64,000 bases of DNA from Macrostomum lignano (taxonomy: Eukaryota): NCBI GenBank assembly GCA_002269645.1, contig NIVC01000129.1:542755-606754 (forward strand). The letters are read 5' to 3'. Made by a program: the position numbers and the translations under genes. Below the pieces are notes generated by a model. The model ran no database searches and was not told the origin of the DNA. It saw only the letters and a list, made by a program, of their open reading frames with translations. This document shows positions 11,801 through 25,743 of the stretch, in pieces (position 1 is the first letter of the stretch; every line of letters begins with the position of its first letter).

Positions 11801-13783
11801 GAGGACGCACTTTTTCCCAAATCCCGCGCTAGCACATGGGCTCTAAACTTACTTGCCTACTAACAGTGGGCAAGGGGCATTTTTATCTTTTTTCTGCGAA
11901 TAGTCATAGAATCTATACTAGATATAATGTCGGGTCATACTAGTAGTCATAATAACATAGGCCTAGCTTTTTGGGTCATAAATCATCGCTTCCGAAGTTG
12001 GTCTGACAGCCACCTGTGCCTCATTCAGTGTTGAGACGGGCGCCAGATGGTCTGAGAGGATGCGGGCGGTAGCTTTTTTCTCATCATTTTGACAGGCCAT
12101 CAAGATTTATGAGGTCGGAGCCTATTGTTCGGATTCACTCAAGCGTGTGACAGCTTTGACAGCTATGCGTTTTACCCCTAAAAGTACCTTGGGATTAGCG
12201 ATTAGCAATTTCTCTTCATTATCTTCACTTTCTATTTAATAAGAGCTTTCTAATGTATATTTTTTCATTAATTTCTGTCAATCCTACGCGAAAAGTCATA
12301 AATCATTTTGTTGCGATTTTGAGTGATTTATGGCCGCACCTGTCATTTTTTACGACCCTGTGGGAACTGATAGGATCTCTCGGTCACGTGATTCTGGGTA
12401 GCAACAAGCTTAGCCAATCAGAAAATTCGACGCTCATTTTAACAAAACGGCTCAGCCAATCAGAATCGACGTGTTCCATTATAACAAACTGCGGTCCAGT
12501 TGGCGGCTATTTAAACCGGAGTTTTTGGCCCGCTCGGATCTCAACCTCCTGGGACCTTAGCCTAGCTTGAGACATCCCGGAGCGCGACCGTCGTTTCTTG
12601 ATCCCCGGATTGCGACTTCCCCCCATCATCATCAAGGACGAATCCCCCGGTCGTCAGCAGCGAACATCAAGCGAAGATCATCACCTGCTAGCTATCAGCG
12701 AAGACTGTGTCAGCATCATCCCGAGTCTACAGCTACAGAGCATCAAGCCGATTCGGTCACTGTGGATTACCTGGTCTCCGGCTGTTGAGTTTCTGATTGG
12801 TTGGGTGAGAGGCTACCTAGACTTGCTTGATTGGGTGATTCCCTATCTGTCCCCTGTTTCAGTAGCTGGATTAGGCGCACACTTTTGCTCATTTTGTTCA
12901 GTAGTGCTGTTACTGAGGCAGAAATCACTTAATAATACTGCTAGTAGTCTGAAACTCCAATTCGATCTGAAGTGTGAAGTGATCTAAGGAGAAGGTTAAA
13001 TCTAACAGTTATTTTTATCGGTTTTATTTCTTTGTTCGCCGATGGCTCAGATGAGTAGCTAAGCTAGTAGGCGCCGGTCACAGTGGACCAATGGCAAGGC
13101 GGTTCTCAGTCGATCAATCAATCAAATCAGTGAGTAAAACTGCCAGAAGTGCAGAATCGGCGCCAGAGATGTACTTTGTGCACTCTAGGTTCGCCAAGCG
13201 GCTTGGGTGATGAATCATGCGAGGTCTCTGAAGTTCGAGTTAGTCTATCATCAGCGCTATGAGAGGCTAGTTGGCGCGTTGAAGGCCAAAAGTACATATC
13301 TTCGTATTTAGCAATGTAATAGTACATGTAGCTACCCCATAGACTCGCCACTGCAAGAATCCCCTGCACAAGTCCCCTCTGTACCTGCATGGCCAATGCG
13401 ATCTAGTCCCAGCAGTGTCCCTTATCATCGGCTATGACTTCGAGATTGACAGCAAAAAGACACTAGTTGGCAGGTAAGTGCAAAGCCCCTTCTAGTCGGA
13501 AGCCCGATTTCGAGAGTCCCGGTGTGGTGAGCCAGGACGCACGGGCTGGTGGCAGCGAGTTAGCTTAGTCTGCGGATTAGCTAATTTCTACCTTCAAAAT
13601 TCTCCCTGCTTGTCTCTCGCTGTCCCTCTCTTAGCTATAGGACCTAGACTGATCGCCACACGACCAAGCTACCATGGGGCTGACCATCTGACAGGAGTGG
13701 GGGGCCAGGACTCTAAGTGATTTGTTTCTAAGCCTGAGGCCCGAAGGCTTCCTCACAAGGGGCCTGAAAGGTCGAAACCCATC
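11801..13783 (+). repeat. Dispersed non-coding repeat family, copy 1 (~2 kb), class unknown
   Basis: Aligns by eye to 32394-30490 (reverse) and 27600-28621; sharp 5' boundary GAGGACGCAC shared with copy 3. Confidence 0.85.
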
Positions 13784-13896
13784 ATCTTCACAATCACCAT
13801 CATCATCATCATTATCATCATTACCATCATCATCATCACCACCATCATCACCACTACCATCATCATCATCATCATTATCAGCATCATCATCACCAC

Positions 13897-13940
<44 letters not shown>

Positions 13941-13980
13941 CCACCATCATCATCATCATTATCAGCATCATCATCACCAC

Positions 13981-14066
<86 letters not shown>

Positions 14067-14106
14067 CCACCATCATTATCATCATTATCAGCATCATCAT
14101 CACCAC

Positions 14107-14150
<44 letters not shown>

Positions 14151-14185
14151 CCATCATCATTATCATCATCATCGCCATCATCATC
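13780..14185. repeat. (CAT)n microsatellite
   Basis: Direct reading; explains the poly-Ser and poly-Met ORFs. Confidence 0.97.
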
Positions 14186-14724
14186 CGACAGATTCTTGTC
14201 ACTTCTTTCTTAATTCGTCGATTGATTGTGATGTTTGCCCAAAGATTAATAGAGCGAAAGAAATTATGAATACAAAAAGCAAGTGAAAAATCAATACCTT
14301 ACTACTTTTAGAAGTAACAAGCAAGATTAGTATATAGGAATGGACTTAATGGGCGGAATGAAAACGCTCATAGAACACTTTCTTGCATTTTTTATCGGTT
14401 TCCTATGGAGTTAGGAAGCAAAAAACTTTTCAACAGCGGCAAAATTCACAATATGACATGAAACATGAAACAGTGCTTTGCTCAGCTTGCACTTCTGTTG
14501 TAACCTGCAATTGCATTTTTATTCTGCTTCTGTTCCTACTTCTGCCTCGGCTTGCACTTCTCTTACTCTTTTGAACAGTTGTCCGCTCAGCTCTCTCTAT
14601 ATTCAATTTATCCATTCCCGGTCAGATGGTTGGCCCATGGACAGTTTTTTTGCTGTGAAATTTCTAGCAAAAAAAATTGTTAGTCGAGAAAACTTTATCC
14701 TACATGGCTTTTAAAGATGTTCAT

Positions 14725-14950
<226 letters not shown>

Positions 14951-17104
14951 TATGAACGAGTACAATACCATCATTAGCGGAATTCACTAACAACATGATG
15001 ATATATAGTGCGCAGTGACTTAATATTTTATGCATCAATGAATTCTTTATCTAAATGTTAGGTTATTGCGAGAGATTTTATTTTTTCATTAACTCCGAAC
15101 AATAATGATGCTGCATTATTGTTCCATATGAACCCTTGGAATATCATTTATTTGAAAAAAAGCAATATCAAAACGCTTTATAAGTTACATGCATATGAAA
15201 CATATTAAATCCAGGTGCTATTCAGTTATGCAGAATAAAATACACGTAAAAGGCTGCTTATTCTGGTTCCAAAGGTTTTGACAGCGGTAAAATTTAATGC
15301 AATATGACGTACCGGATTTGTATCTTTTTCGAAGACACGCAGCCAGGTGCACGCGTACAGCTGAACTTTGCCCGGTAACAAGCACTGCATTCTGGCACTG
15401 GTGCTGAGTTCTCACTGTCTCTTGGTTGGCGCCCCTACCCATGTCTCGTCGGCTGGTGGTGTACGGTGGAAGAGCACGTAACCAGATTGGTGGATTAAGC
15501 GCTCAGCAAGCAAAACGAGTTTCAACTTCAAACTGATGTTAGAATACGAGCGTAGACTAATTTGACTTCCGGGAAAGTCCATGCTTTAACCAATATATCC
15601 CGGCAGTAAAAGTACACTTGGGAGTAGCTATACAGCATACAGCACTACCCTAAGTTCGTATACGAGCGCAATTATACGACTCAAAATTTCACTCACTTGG
15701 TAGCTAATTACCACCCAACTGTTCTCGCAGTTCTCTGCATCCGAAATTACATTCATGAGAGTGAGAAATTCCCTACTGAGCATAGCGACTCCGATAGTAT
15801 TTCCAGATGAAGTTGCCTGAGGCCTCCACCAATTTGTCTTTCAGAACCTAATGACAGTCTAATTCACGAAATAAAATTTCAGCTTCAGTTTCTGTTAGTT
15901 TAATTAACGGGCGAAATTACAGTAAAATTTTAAAAGATTAGTCTAATTCTCGAGCTAAATTCTACTTAATTTGAGCTCAAGTAGAAACTCACTTAGAAAC
16001 TCAGAGCTTCTAATATCAGTTTAATCTTGGAAACTGAAGCCTAATTTAGCTCATGAACTAGAGTATGCTTGTAATATAGAAATTTTAGGAAAATTTAACT
16101 CGTGAATTAATTCGTCACTTTAATTCAAATTGCCTCGGCCAGTCACAGCATCCAGTTAAATAGTTCTGCGAGGTGTCGCTAAGTTACTGATAATCATTTA
16201 AGAGCAACGACTCCAAATACTTGGCATGCAGCTCAGCAAGTCATTTAAGCGCCAGCTCAGAATAAATGCAAATGAGAACTGATCAACCTGCATAGTTAAG
16301 ATGGATTGTATTTGCTGGCTCATGAAATACGCTATTTATTAGCTGACAGGACAGACAGGAGATTGCCAGGGGGAAATGTACTCGTATTTTTCTTTGACAT
16401 GGCATGTCGTCACGCACGCCTCATAGGCAGATGCAGGGAGCACGGCTTTGGTCCCAGTTAATCAGAAATATGATTTTTATCTCTTTTTAATAAACCATAT
16501 TAAAAAACCTTTTCCAAAATGTCTGGCATCAACTCAACCAGCGGCCACGCCCGTTGCTTGTCCATTGAATTCAATTGACAGGAACATGCTGGCTGAGCGC
16601 TAATCCAGGGCTAGATTGAAATGCTAGGGTTTACATAGGATCAGGCCATACGAGTTTTTAGGCTGAATGAATTACAAGCTGTTGCAAGAATACATGTAGT
16701 TCAGCGATTGAAAAAGCCAGCAGCAGTCTATCCTTCTTCAGTTGATAAGGGTCTGCAGCCTGCTAGACTAAACTTTACTAAATTATATTATCTGGATCGT
16801 GCAGTCATGGTCCCGGACATGTGATTTGTAGTCAGCACCTGTGATCAAGTCTGCGATAAGGTCCTTCCCTATATGCTGCGTGAGAGCAGTTAGATATATC
16901 TACTAATTAATCAGAGATTGCAACTCAGCCTACTCAAGTGTGTCCAGACATAGTAAAGCTTATACGTATGTCTTACTTTTCCAGCCTCGATTCGGCCTAC
17001 AATAATCATAGGGTTTTATGTGCATTCTTAAATAACTAGTTGAAAAAACGTAAAATAAAATATTACATTCGTGTAGGACTATTTGTTTTAGTGATGATAT
17101 AGCG

Positions 17105-17920
17105 ATGGGGCAACGAGAAAAGTTCCATGAAGCGCTTGAAATGTTTCAGCAAGTTTATAGAGACAAAGTTTACGGAGATTTTGAGTATCACATGCGATTT
17201 AAAGAAAAAAAAGTCGAGGACGATTCCAGGAGTGGAAGACCTTCAAAGAGCAGGACTGACGAAATTGTGAAGCGAGTGGCGATGCTGCTTCGCAGCAACC
17301 GTTGGCTGACTGTTCGCTTGATTGCATGGTGAGCTTGAACCATGACAGCGCTCATAAGATTCTGACTGACGATCTGGGGATGCGCAAGATTTTTGCCAAG
17401 ATGGTGCCGAAGTTGCTGAGCAAGGACCAGAAGGAATGGCGACTGCATATGCCAGGGCATCCTTGAACACACTGAAGCTGAACCAGGTTTATTGCACAGA
17501 GTGACTACGGGCACTGAGTCACGGATTTCATGGAGACCAAGCTGCAGAGTTTTCAATGGCGACGGCCAGGATCACAAAGGCCAGAAAAGGCGCGGCAATC
17601 GAGATCAAAGGTAAAGCTTATGCGTATCGCCTTCCACGTTGTCCACCTGGAGTTCCAAACCATAACTTAATTATAGCCTAAAAACCATAATTTAAGGAGA
17701 AACCATAAATCAGCATGCGTACGAAGAAATTCCGCAGCGACTGCTTCGCTCAGTGCGCGACGATCGACGTGATTTGGGGGTGGCAAAGTCGTGGTTCCTT
17801 CATCAGCACAATGCGCCAGCTCACAATGCTCTTAGTGACAGGGAGTTATCTGGCGGATAAGAATGTCACAATGCTAGACCAGCCTCCATATTCACCTGAT
17901 ATCACCTCCTGTAATCAAAG
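17105..17920 (+). mobile_element. Decayed mariner (Tc1/mariner) transposase remnant
   Basis: Fragments across frames: VEDDSRSGRP...LTVRLIA, LTDDLGMRKIFAKMVPKLLSKDQK (WVP-type motif), LDQPPYSPDI (YSPDL motif). Many stops and frameshifts; TIRs not resolved. Confidence 0.85.
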
Positions 17921-18379
17921 GTAACCGATTTTCTGGACGAAGACGCCATCGGAAAGGCCACGACGATGGAACTGCCGAGTATTCCGGAAGAAGAAGTGAG
18001 TTCGGTTCAGGAGGACTGCTTTGAAGCGTCCAGTTTTGATTCTGTCTAATTTTAACTGATAATATTTTTACGAGTGGAGTCCTGGAACTTTTCTGACACA
18101 GTCAGCAAAAAGAGTATCTTTCGGCAAAATTTCATCTCGGGAGTTAGTTTGCCTTGCAGCAAAACTAAGCAATTATGGGTACAGAAACAGCAGATACAGT
18201 GACTCAGAAAAACCCAGCTCGTAAATTTACTGCTCTGGTCCAATCAGAGACTCCCAACACCCAATCCGATGAGTCTAGACTCAAAGATGCAAACGCATTT
18301 ACATATATCCAAGCTCTTAAGGCCTACAAGTTCACCTCCGCAACCCAGATTGACTTCTTTCTGAAATAAAATTTTAGAA

Positions 18380-19465
18380 ATGGCAGAGATTGAAAGGAAC
18401 GACGTTGGCCAAAATTCGTCAGCGAATTTCTCCTTGACGGAGCAGCTGCCGTCCTGGCAGACTGGCTACGAAAAATTTCACACCTACGTATTTTCCTGGC
18501 TTTACCCGTTGTTGATGTCGCTGGGAGTCTGGGGCAACGCCAGCTGCCTGCTGGTGCTGCTGCGGCACCCGAAGTGCTTCCCGTTCTCCGTGCGGCTCTG
18601 CATGCTCACCACCTGCTGCGTGGACCTCCTGCTGGTAGGAGGAAAATCGGTCACGCACTACCTCTCGCCCAGCGTCCTCGGAGAAACTTTTGGCGTACCA
18701 AACTACCGGACGCAGTCCAACTACCCGGTGTGCGTGGCCTACTTCCTGGCCACCCTGTGGCTGCTGCACGGAAGCCCCTTCCTGCGCATGGGGTTCTGCC
18801 TGCACTCGCTGGTCGTCACCTTGGCGCCCATGCGGCAGCGCAGTCTGCTGCGTCGGCGAAACATCGTCGCCTGGCAGGCGCTGCTGCTGCTGCTCAGCCT
18901 CCTGCCCTGCATCCGGGTGGCCAACACCTTCTGGAGTCTGGAGAAGGACAGGTGCGTGTTCCGGCAGAACACCTGGATCGAGCTGGCCTACCGGCTGTAT
19001 ACGGTGTTCGCCGCTCGCGTGCTGGTGTTTGCACTTCTCCTCGCCTCCCTGGCCGTCATCCTGGCCAGCCTGAGACGCAGCCAGCGCAACGTCCACGGCT
19101 CCATCGCATCTGGCCGCGGCGAGAACAGCTTCGTTCATCCTGCGGCTGCCGCGGCCTCCGCCCAGACTCGAATCTTCGCGTCTACCAGCCTAATCTTCAT
19201 CGCCTGCGAAGCGCCGTTTGCACTGATGAAACTACTGGAACATTTAGAGATTCTGGAGTGTACGGGCAATATGCACCTGCTTCTGGTGCTGCTGAACCAC
19301 CTGGTGTACCTGAACCCGGCTCTGAACTGGATGCCCTACCTGATCGGGCGAAAGTTCCGCTGCCGCTATCGGGCAATGGTCTGCTTCTGCAAGCAGCCGG
19401 AGGGTGACAACGGAAATCAGCTGGAACTGACCCCGGCAACTTATAAAGCCCTGAGAACTGATTGA
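18380..19465 (+). CDS. Intronless class A (rhodopsin-like) GPCR, peptide-receptor-like, 361 aa
   Basis: Seven hydrophobic segments; TM1 GN, TM2 Asp, Cys atop TM3 and in ECL2, TM6 FIACEAP, TM7 NPALNWMPY; TTTTAG acceptor 2 nt before the ATG. Confidence 0.85.
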   Translation: MAEIERNDVGQNSSANFSLTEQLPSWQTGYEKFHTYVFSWLYPLLMSLGVWGNASCLLVLLRHPKCFPFSVRLCMLTTCCVDLLLVGGKSVTHYLSPSVLGETFGVPNYRTQSNYPVCVAYFLATLWLLHGSPFLRMGFCLHSLVVTLAPMRQRSLLRRRNIVAWQALLLLLSLLPCIRVANTFWSLEKDRCVFRQNTWIELAYRLYTVFAARVLVFALLLASLAVILASLRRSQRNVHGSIASGRGENSFVHPAAAAASAQTRIFASTSLIFIACEAPFALMKLLEHLEILECTGNMHLLLVLLNHLVYLNPALNWMPYLIGRKFRCRYRAMVCFCKQPEGDNGNQLELTPATYKALRTD

Positions 19466-19707
19466 ATTGTGTGACGCAAACGAAAACAACTTTTCTCTCT
19501 GTTATTTTTTTAACATGACTAATCCCTTGGGGATGTCCCTAAAAAGCTTAAACCGCACGAAAAGCCCTCGTACGGTCGCACGGCATCGGACGGCATCGCA
19601 CAGTCCCACGCATTATAATGGAGCTGCACCGCCCCTTATTCCTATCCTTGATCAATTTTTTGGAAAATAATTACCCACTTCGCAGGCTCGCACACTAACA
19701 GCGCACC

Positions 19708-20258
<551 letters not shown>

Positions 20259-21152
20259 TGTACTTTTTCCATCTGTTTAAAATATTACCGAATTTGTGCC
20301 TGGGTTTCAGAGTCGCGTGCAACTCAAAACTAATAAGCCTATACCCAAATAATAACCAGATTTTAAAAGCAGGATTCCCAAACAGTGTTTTAACAAGAGA
20401 TTGGATTAATGAATTTCAATGTCCAGACTCGCAATCGGATTCAAACTGAATTATTTCTGAAAGTTTCGAAGGCTATTCGAGCGAGTGGATAGCTTTTTCT
20501 GAAATTTTAGTGAAATAACGCACTACTTTCTAGCTAACAATTAAGTAGTACTTATGACATTTCATACGATTTTTCCTTTTAAGAGAATTTTGGCGGGATT
20601 TACTAAATTCATCGCTCTTTCATCTCACTGATTTGAAAATCTAATCGATTTCTTAAACTCAAATCGCTGCTAAAATGGAAGAACAAGTTTCATGTGTCAA
20701 TTTCGCAGACTTTTAGCATAGCACTGAATAAGCTATTCTTAACTCCAGTTAGTATCGAAGAGCGTACGGCTACCCAACTCCGATTGGTCCGAAAATTGAT
20801 TTTTCTTTCATCCCCCCGTCGGACCGGTTTTTTCTAGCTGGGCTGGCTGGACTCCCAGCTCCCCCCACTCCCCTGGCGGAGTGAGTACGCAGGCTGGCAC
20901 AGTCTGTACTGTACGCTGTACAGCCGTTGCCAAGCGTGCACTGCCCGCCGCTCTGCCCCGCTGCCACAAACCCATACCCCCAAGACCAGCAGTTTTGTCC
21001 CTAATCTTTACACTGCCTGATCCCTTTTCCTCTCTTCCAGCCAATATCCCCGTCTCCCCGTCTCCACTCGCTGGCCTCGTGTTTCGTGCTCTCGCTCCCT
21101 CAAAAAGTTTGGCGAGCGGGGGATCAGGGATCCGCCTAAGATTAATGCTTAA

Positions 21153-21491
<339 letters not shown>

Positions 21492-22492
21492 GACCGACAG
21501 GATGGACTGCATGGTCCTTGACGGTGACAGGTCATATCAGGAAGAGCGAAATATCATTTGCATCTATAGTACATAGTAACAGTTTATAGAAATGAACGCT
21601 GCTAAGAAGTGACCAAATAGAGTGACAGATCAGAGAGAGTGACATACCATAGAGTGACAGGGTTAGTGTGCTTTGGATGGCAGCATCAATGCTAGCTGCT
21701 CACAATAATCGATATTTCTTATCAGTTCCTCCTCTAATGCGACTATTTGTATGTACTGTGGCGCACCTGTGTTCAAGAGTTTGTGTTGAAAAAATGTCAC
21801 TGACTTAACCCTATATCACTGACGTTCGATTCGATCAAGATTGCGTGCCTGCTTATCTGACTTCAGAACTAATTTCACAATTTCACATCTCTGACCAAAC
21901 GCACACTTCGTTGCAATTGGAAAGTTCAGAAAGAGCGGCGTCCTTGTACTTTAATCGTCCTCTTTTGCGGCTACTTTTACTTTTTGTTCGACTTCTAAGT
22001 AAATTAACCCTCTCTTTCTCGATTTCAAACTGTTTATCGATGAGTTAACTCAATGTGAGAGCCCAGCCTGCATGTATATCAATACACCATTCCATTCGCT
22101 AATTTGAAGAAAATACACTGTACGAGTATCAACTACATTGTGAACTTTAAAAAAAAATTAAGTGAATACAGCAGCTTTTATAAAAGTAACTTTTATTCGA
22201 TATTATTCTTAAAGAAATGTGACTTTAGAGGAAAAAGCATATTTTTCATAATGAAGAGATTCAAAAGAAAAGTTAAAAACATTCGAAACACTGATATTTG
22301 TTCGAGATTTAAGCAGAAGTATTTAATAAATTGTTAGCAACAGATTAAAAGCAGATAAAGTGATTGCTCAAAGATGGCTAAGAGTTAAATAATTCTGTTC
22401 GCAGTTCTATCAGCTGAATGTAAGTCTTCCGTCAGCCTGCGAACATGTCCATGACTTCACAGCTGCTCCAGCCTGCCAGCATGTCCATGACT

Positions 22493-25400
22493 TCACAGCT
22501 GCTCCAGCGCATCGATGAACTCGGCCATGAGGTGGAAGCCGCCAAAGTCAAAGTGTTTTTCTACAGCGGTGTAGAAGGCGAGCGGCGCCCTCCGACGCAT
22601 GTCTAGGAGAACCGCCAGGGTCACTCCCGTCAGCTGCCGGCCTCGAAGCCAGCCGATCAGCGCCGCTCCATCGTTCCGCTTCGCCAGCCAGGCTTCAATG
22701 TCGGCTCGAGTCCACGCTCGGACATCCACGGATTTCTCCGACTTGCCAATCGGTGGCAGCGGCTGCGGCGACGGCGGCGTCGGCATGTCGTGCTCGCGTC
22801 TGTAGCGACCGTCTGACTCGACCTTCGTCGCGCTCTTGGCCGTTGTTTTCTGCTGCTGCTGCTGCACAGCCGGCAAAGCAGCGTCTGTCGAATCCAGATC
22901 GAGAAACTTTTGTACAGCAGCCACGAGCTCCGGGAATTTCGCCTCGAACGGATATTTGCCTGAGAAGTCGTGGTACAGCCCGGCGCCGAGGATGATGCCC
23001 AGCCAACCGGTTGGCTTGTAGCCGCGCTCCATCAGCAGCGGGATCAGCTTCTTGCTGTTTCTGTGCGCGTACTCGGCCTCTGGGAACCGGGGGAAGGGGG
23101 TTAATAAGCAAGTTGTTAAGATCTTCGATGCTCTACACCTGCAACCCCTTTCTTTTGGTTCTGGAGTGGCTCAGGAACTCATAAGCCGACAAGGAAGCTT
23201 TGGGGATGTTAGACTGACTGGGCTTTGACAGCGGCAGCGCATCCGTGGCCTTTGCCTTCTGCCTTGGTCGTGTTGGGCACAGATTTTTTCTCTAAACGCG
23301 TACCTGTAACTGTAAATGATCAGGTTCTCCTGGCTACGGATCTGGGGAAAAGGTGCGTTACTCTGATCTTTAACAGTATGCAGACAATATTTAGGCCCAG
23401 AAGACAGCCTCCTTGTTTTAGGGTGTGCTGTACACTCTCTGCCCCCACATTATTCATGACTCACTCCATTGCTTAGACTTGTTTAAAAATTCTAGACCCA
23501 TCACGCATCGATTCACCCCCACCCCAAATTTCGACTAATAAATATATTGAGCGTGGTCAACACGGATTATCAGGACCAGAACACCTTCCAGCTACATGCG
23601 GACGGACCAGAGCCCTGCTGCTACTGTACTATGCAGCTTAGTCAAAGTCTGGCCGTTTCTTAAACGCATGGTGGCCTAGAACGCTTCGCGCTTAGATTCT
23701 ATAGATAAGTGTTCCCCTATACTTACCCAGTCGGCAGTTGTTGCTGTCCTTGTATTTTCGCGACATGCACATCAATACTATTGAGGAGTTTTCCACAGCC
23801 TCCGCCATCGCTTCTAGAGTTGAGCCGTCTTTCATCTGCTCGTAATCGATCCAAACCTGTTGAAAATTTGTGAAATCTTGAAATGTAAGCTTTCTATCTT
23901 AAAATTTTGTGAGCATGTAATTAAATGGACCCTGTGTATGATGCATCATACTTCACATATGATTAAGTACATGACTTGATATTCTGCTACCATTCTCAAT
24001 TCCCATTTAGATCGTCAAAAGCGATACTGGCTAAGCTGACGGGTAGACCAGCCGATAGTATGATAGTAGTACATTGAGAGTAGGAAGACATGAATGATGG
24101 GGCGTTTCAAATAGCCATAATAATATGTAAATAGTCGGGACATTCTTCTCAACAAAACATCATTATTCCCAGATTCCTCTCCACCATTGAAGTGTAGCTC
24201 TTAAACAAAGTACATCGCATAAGAGCAACCAACTCTCTTACCTTGATTCTGTGCTGCTTCAACTGGTCCCGGATCCTTGCCACGGTCTCCTTAGACTCGT
24301 GCTGGTAGCTAATCATCACGTGAAAGCCGTTGCCAGCTGCTGTACTCGTTGCCAGGTTTTCAGTGACGGCACTGGCGTCTGCGGCTTCTCCGGGCTTCGG
24401 CTTTGGCTTGGGCACCGCGGAGGCCTTCCTGGCGGAGTGATTCGTCATTGAGTCTGTCGATTCCAGCTTGAACAGCAGGCCTTTCAGCGAGGCCATGTTG
24501 GACCACTGTGACTGTCCAGCTAGCGACGTCAGCTGGGACGCAAACTCGCGATGGACTTGCTCCTGCACAGCCGGGTTGAAACTGAGAGTGAAGAGAACAT
24601 TCACTGCGGCGCCAATTTCATCGGGCTTGCCACCGTCAAGGAGGCGATGGACTACTGGAAGAATTTTCAGCTCCACCAGCAGCTCCTTGTTAATGTCGTT
24701 CAGGGCAAGCCGATTTACGCCTGAAGGGTTCAACAAATCTTGAATTAACTTGAACCATTCATGTTTACGCCGAAAAAATTTCAGAAGCTTACGCTGACCC
24801 CAGGCGGAACTTACACTTCGTCAACTCCACCGTGTGATAGCCAAGGCATCGCCGATTTTTACTATCAATGGACCGGTTAAGGGTTCTGATCAGCAGTGAG
24901 ATGGACTCCTTCTGTCCCAGATAGAATTCCGCTTTACTCTCGTCCAGCGCAAAGCAGACAAGCAGAAGAGCGGAGAACTGGACGAGGTTTGTAGCAGAAT
25001 TTTTAGTGCATGTTTAAGTTATCAGCGGAATCAATTCCAGAATGAGGCTAGTATCAGTACTTCTATTTAGAATCCCTACTTACGGAAATTCTCTCGTCTT
25101 TGGACCTTAGAAGCGGCTTGACTGGCTCAACAAAATCGTAGGCTGACAGGCAAGCGTCAGTCTCCGTGTCCAGCTTGAAGTAGGCATTGTACACAATGTC
25201 CATCAGCCGTCGGATGCAGAGCCCCGACTCTGTGCCCAGCTGACCGGCTAAAAAAAGCGGCGTCCAGTTGCTGAACACCCTCAGGCAGCAGTCGCGACAG
25301 AAGACCTCCGAGGCGGCCAGAGCGCGCACCAAGAGTACACTGCAGTCTGAGAAGTTGTGCAGAGCACGCGTCAGCACTGAAAGCGCAGTCATGTCCTCGG

Positions 25401-25743
25401 GCGCCGCCTCCAGGTCACCCTTAGTCGCGTGCCGGCCGATGATGGCCTCCATGAAAAGCAGCAGCCGGCGAAAGACTTCGCCATTTTCGGCTGCAACAAG
25501 TGATTCCGCCAAAGCTTGACAGGCAAGATTGCGCTCGACCTCGTCAGGAAACGGGCGCGCCGTTTCGGTATAGCTGAAGTAGAGCTCCTTCAGCAAGGGA
25601 ATGAGCTCCTTGAGCTGCTGCCGCTGGAGCTTGTCAGACAGTCGGGAGCAAATTCTGTTCATGGTAGCTCGGCACGCATCGAGGCGAGCCGGAAGCGGCG
25701 AGGTCGCAGACTGTCCGGAAGCCATCAAGTTCAGTTTATGCAT
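22493..25743 (-). CDS. ARM-repeat / TIR / SAM-like domain protein, 5 exons, about 672 aa
   Basis: Exons 25743-25084, 24977-24815, 24720-24242, 23856-23727, 23079-22493 splice in frame at GT-AG sites. TIR motifs FHVMISYQH, VWIDYEQM...STLEAMAEAVENS...MSRKY..S.NCRLEAEYA...LIPL...GWLG; helical ARM-like N-terminus; SAM-like C-terminus (WTRADIEAWL...LTG..L). The start could be 25725 instead. Confidence 0.85.

Noticed and set aside
13730-13783. Hammerhead ribozyme / Penelope-like terminus (GGCCTGAAAGGTCGAAAC)
   Set aside because: A stem II and GAAA are present, but the CUGANGA core is absent and copy 2 lacks GAAA.
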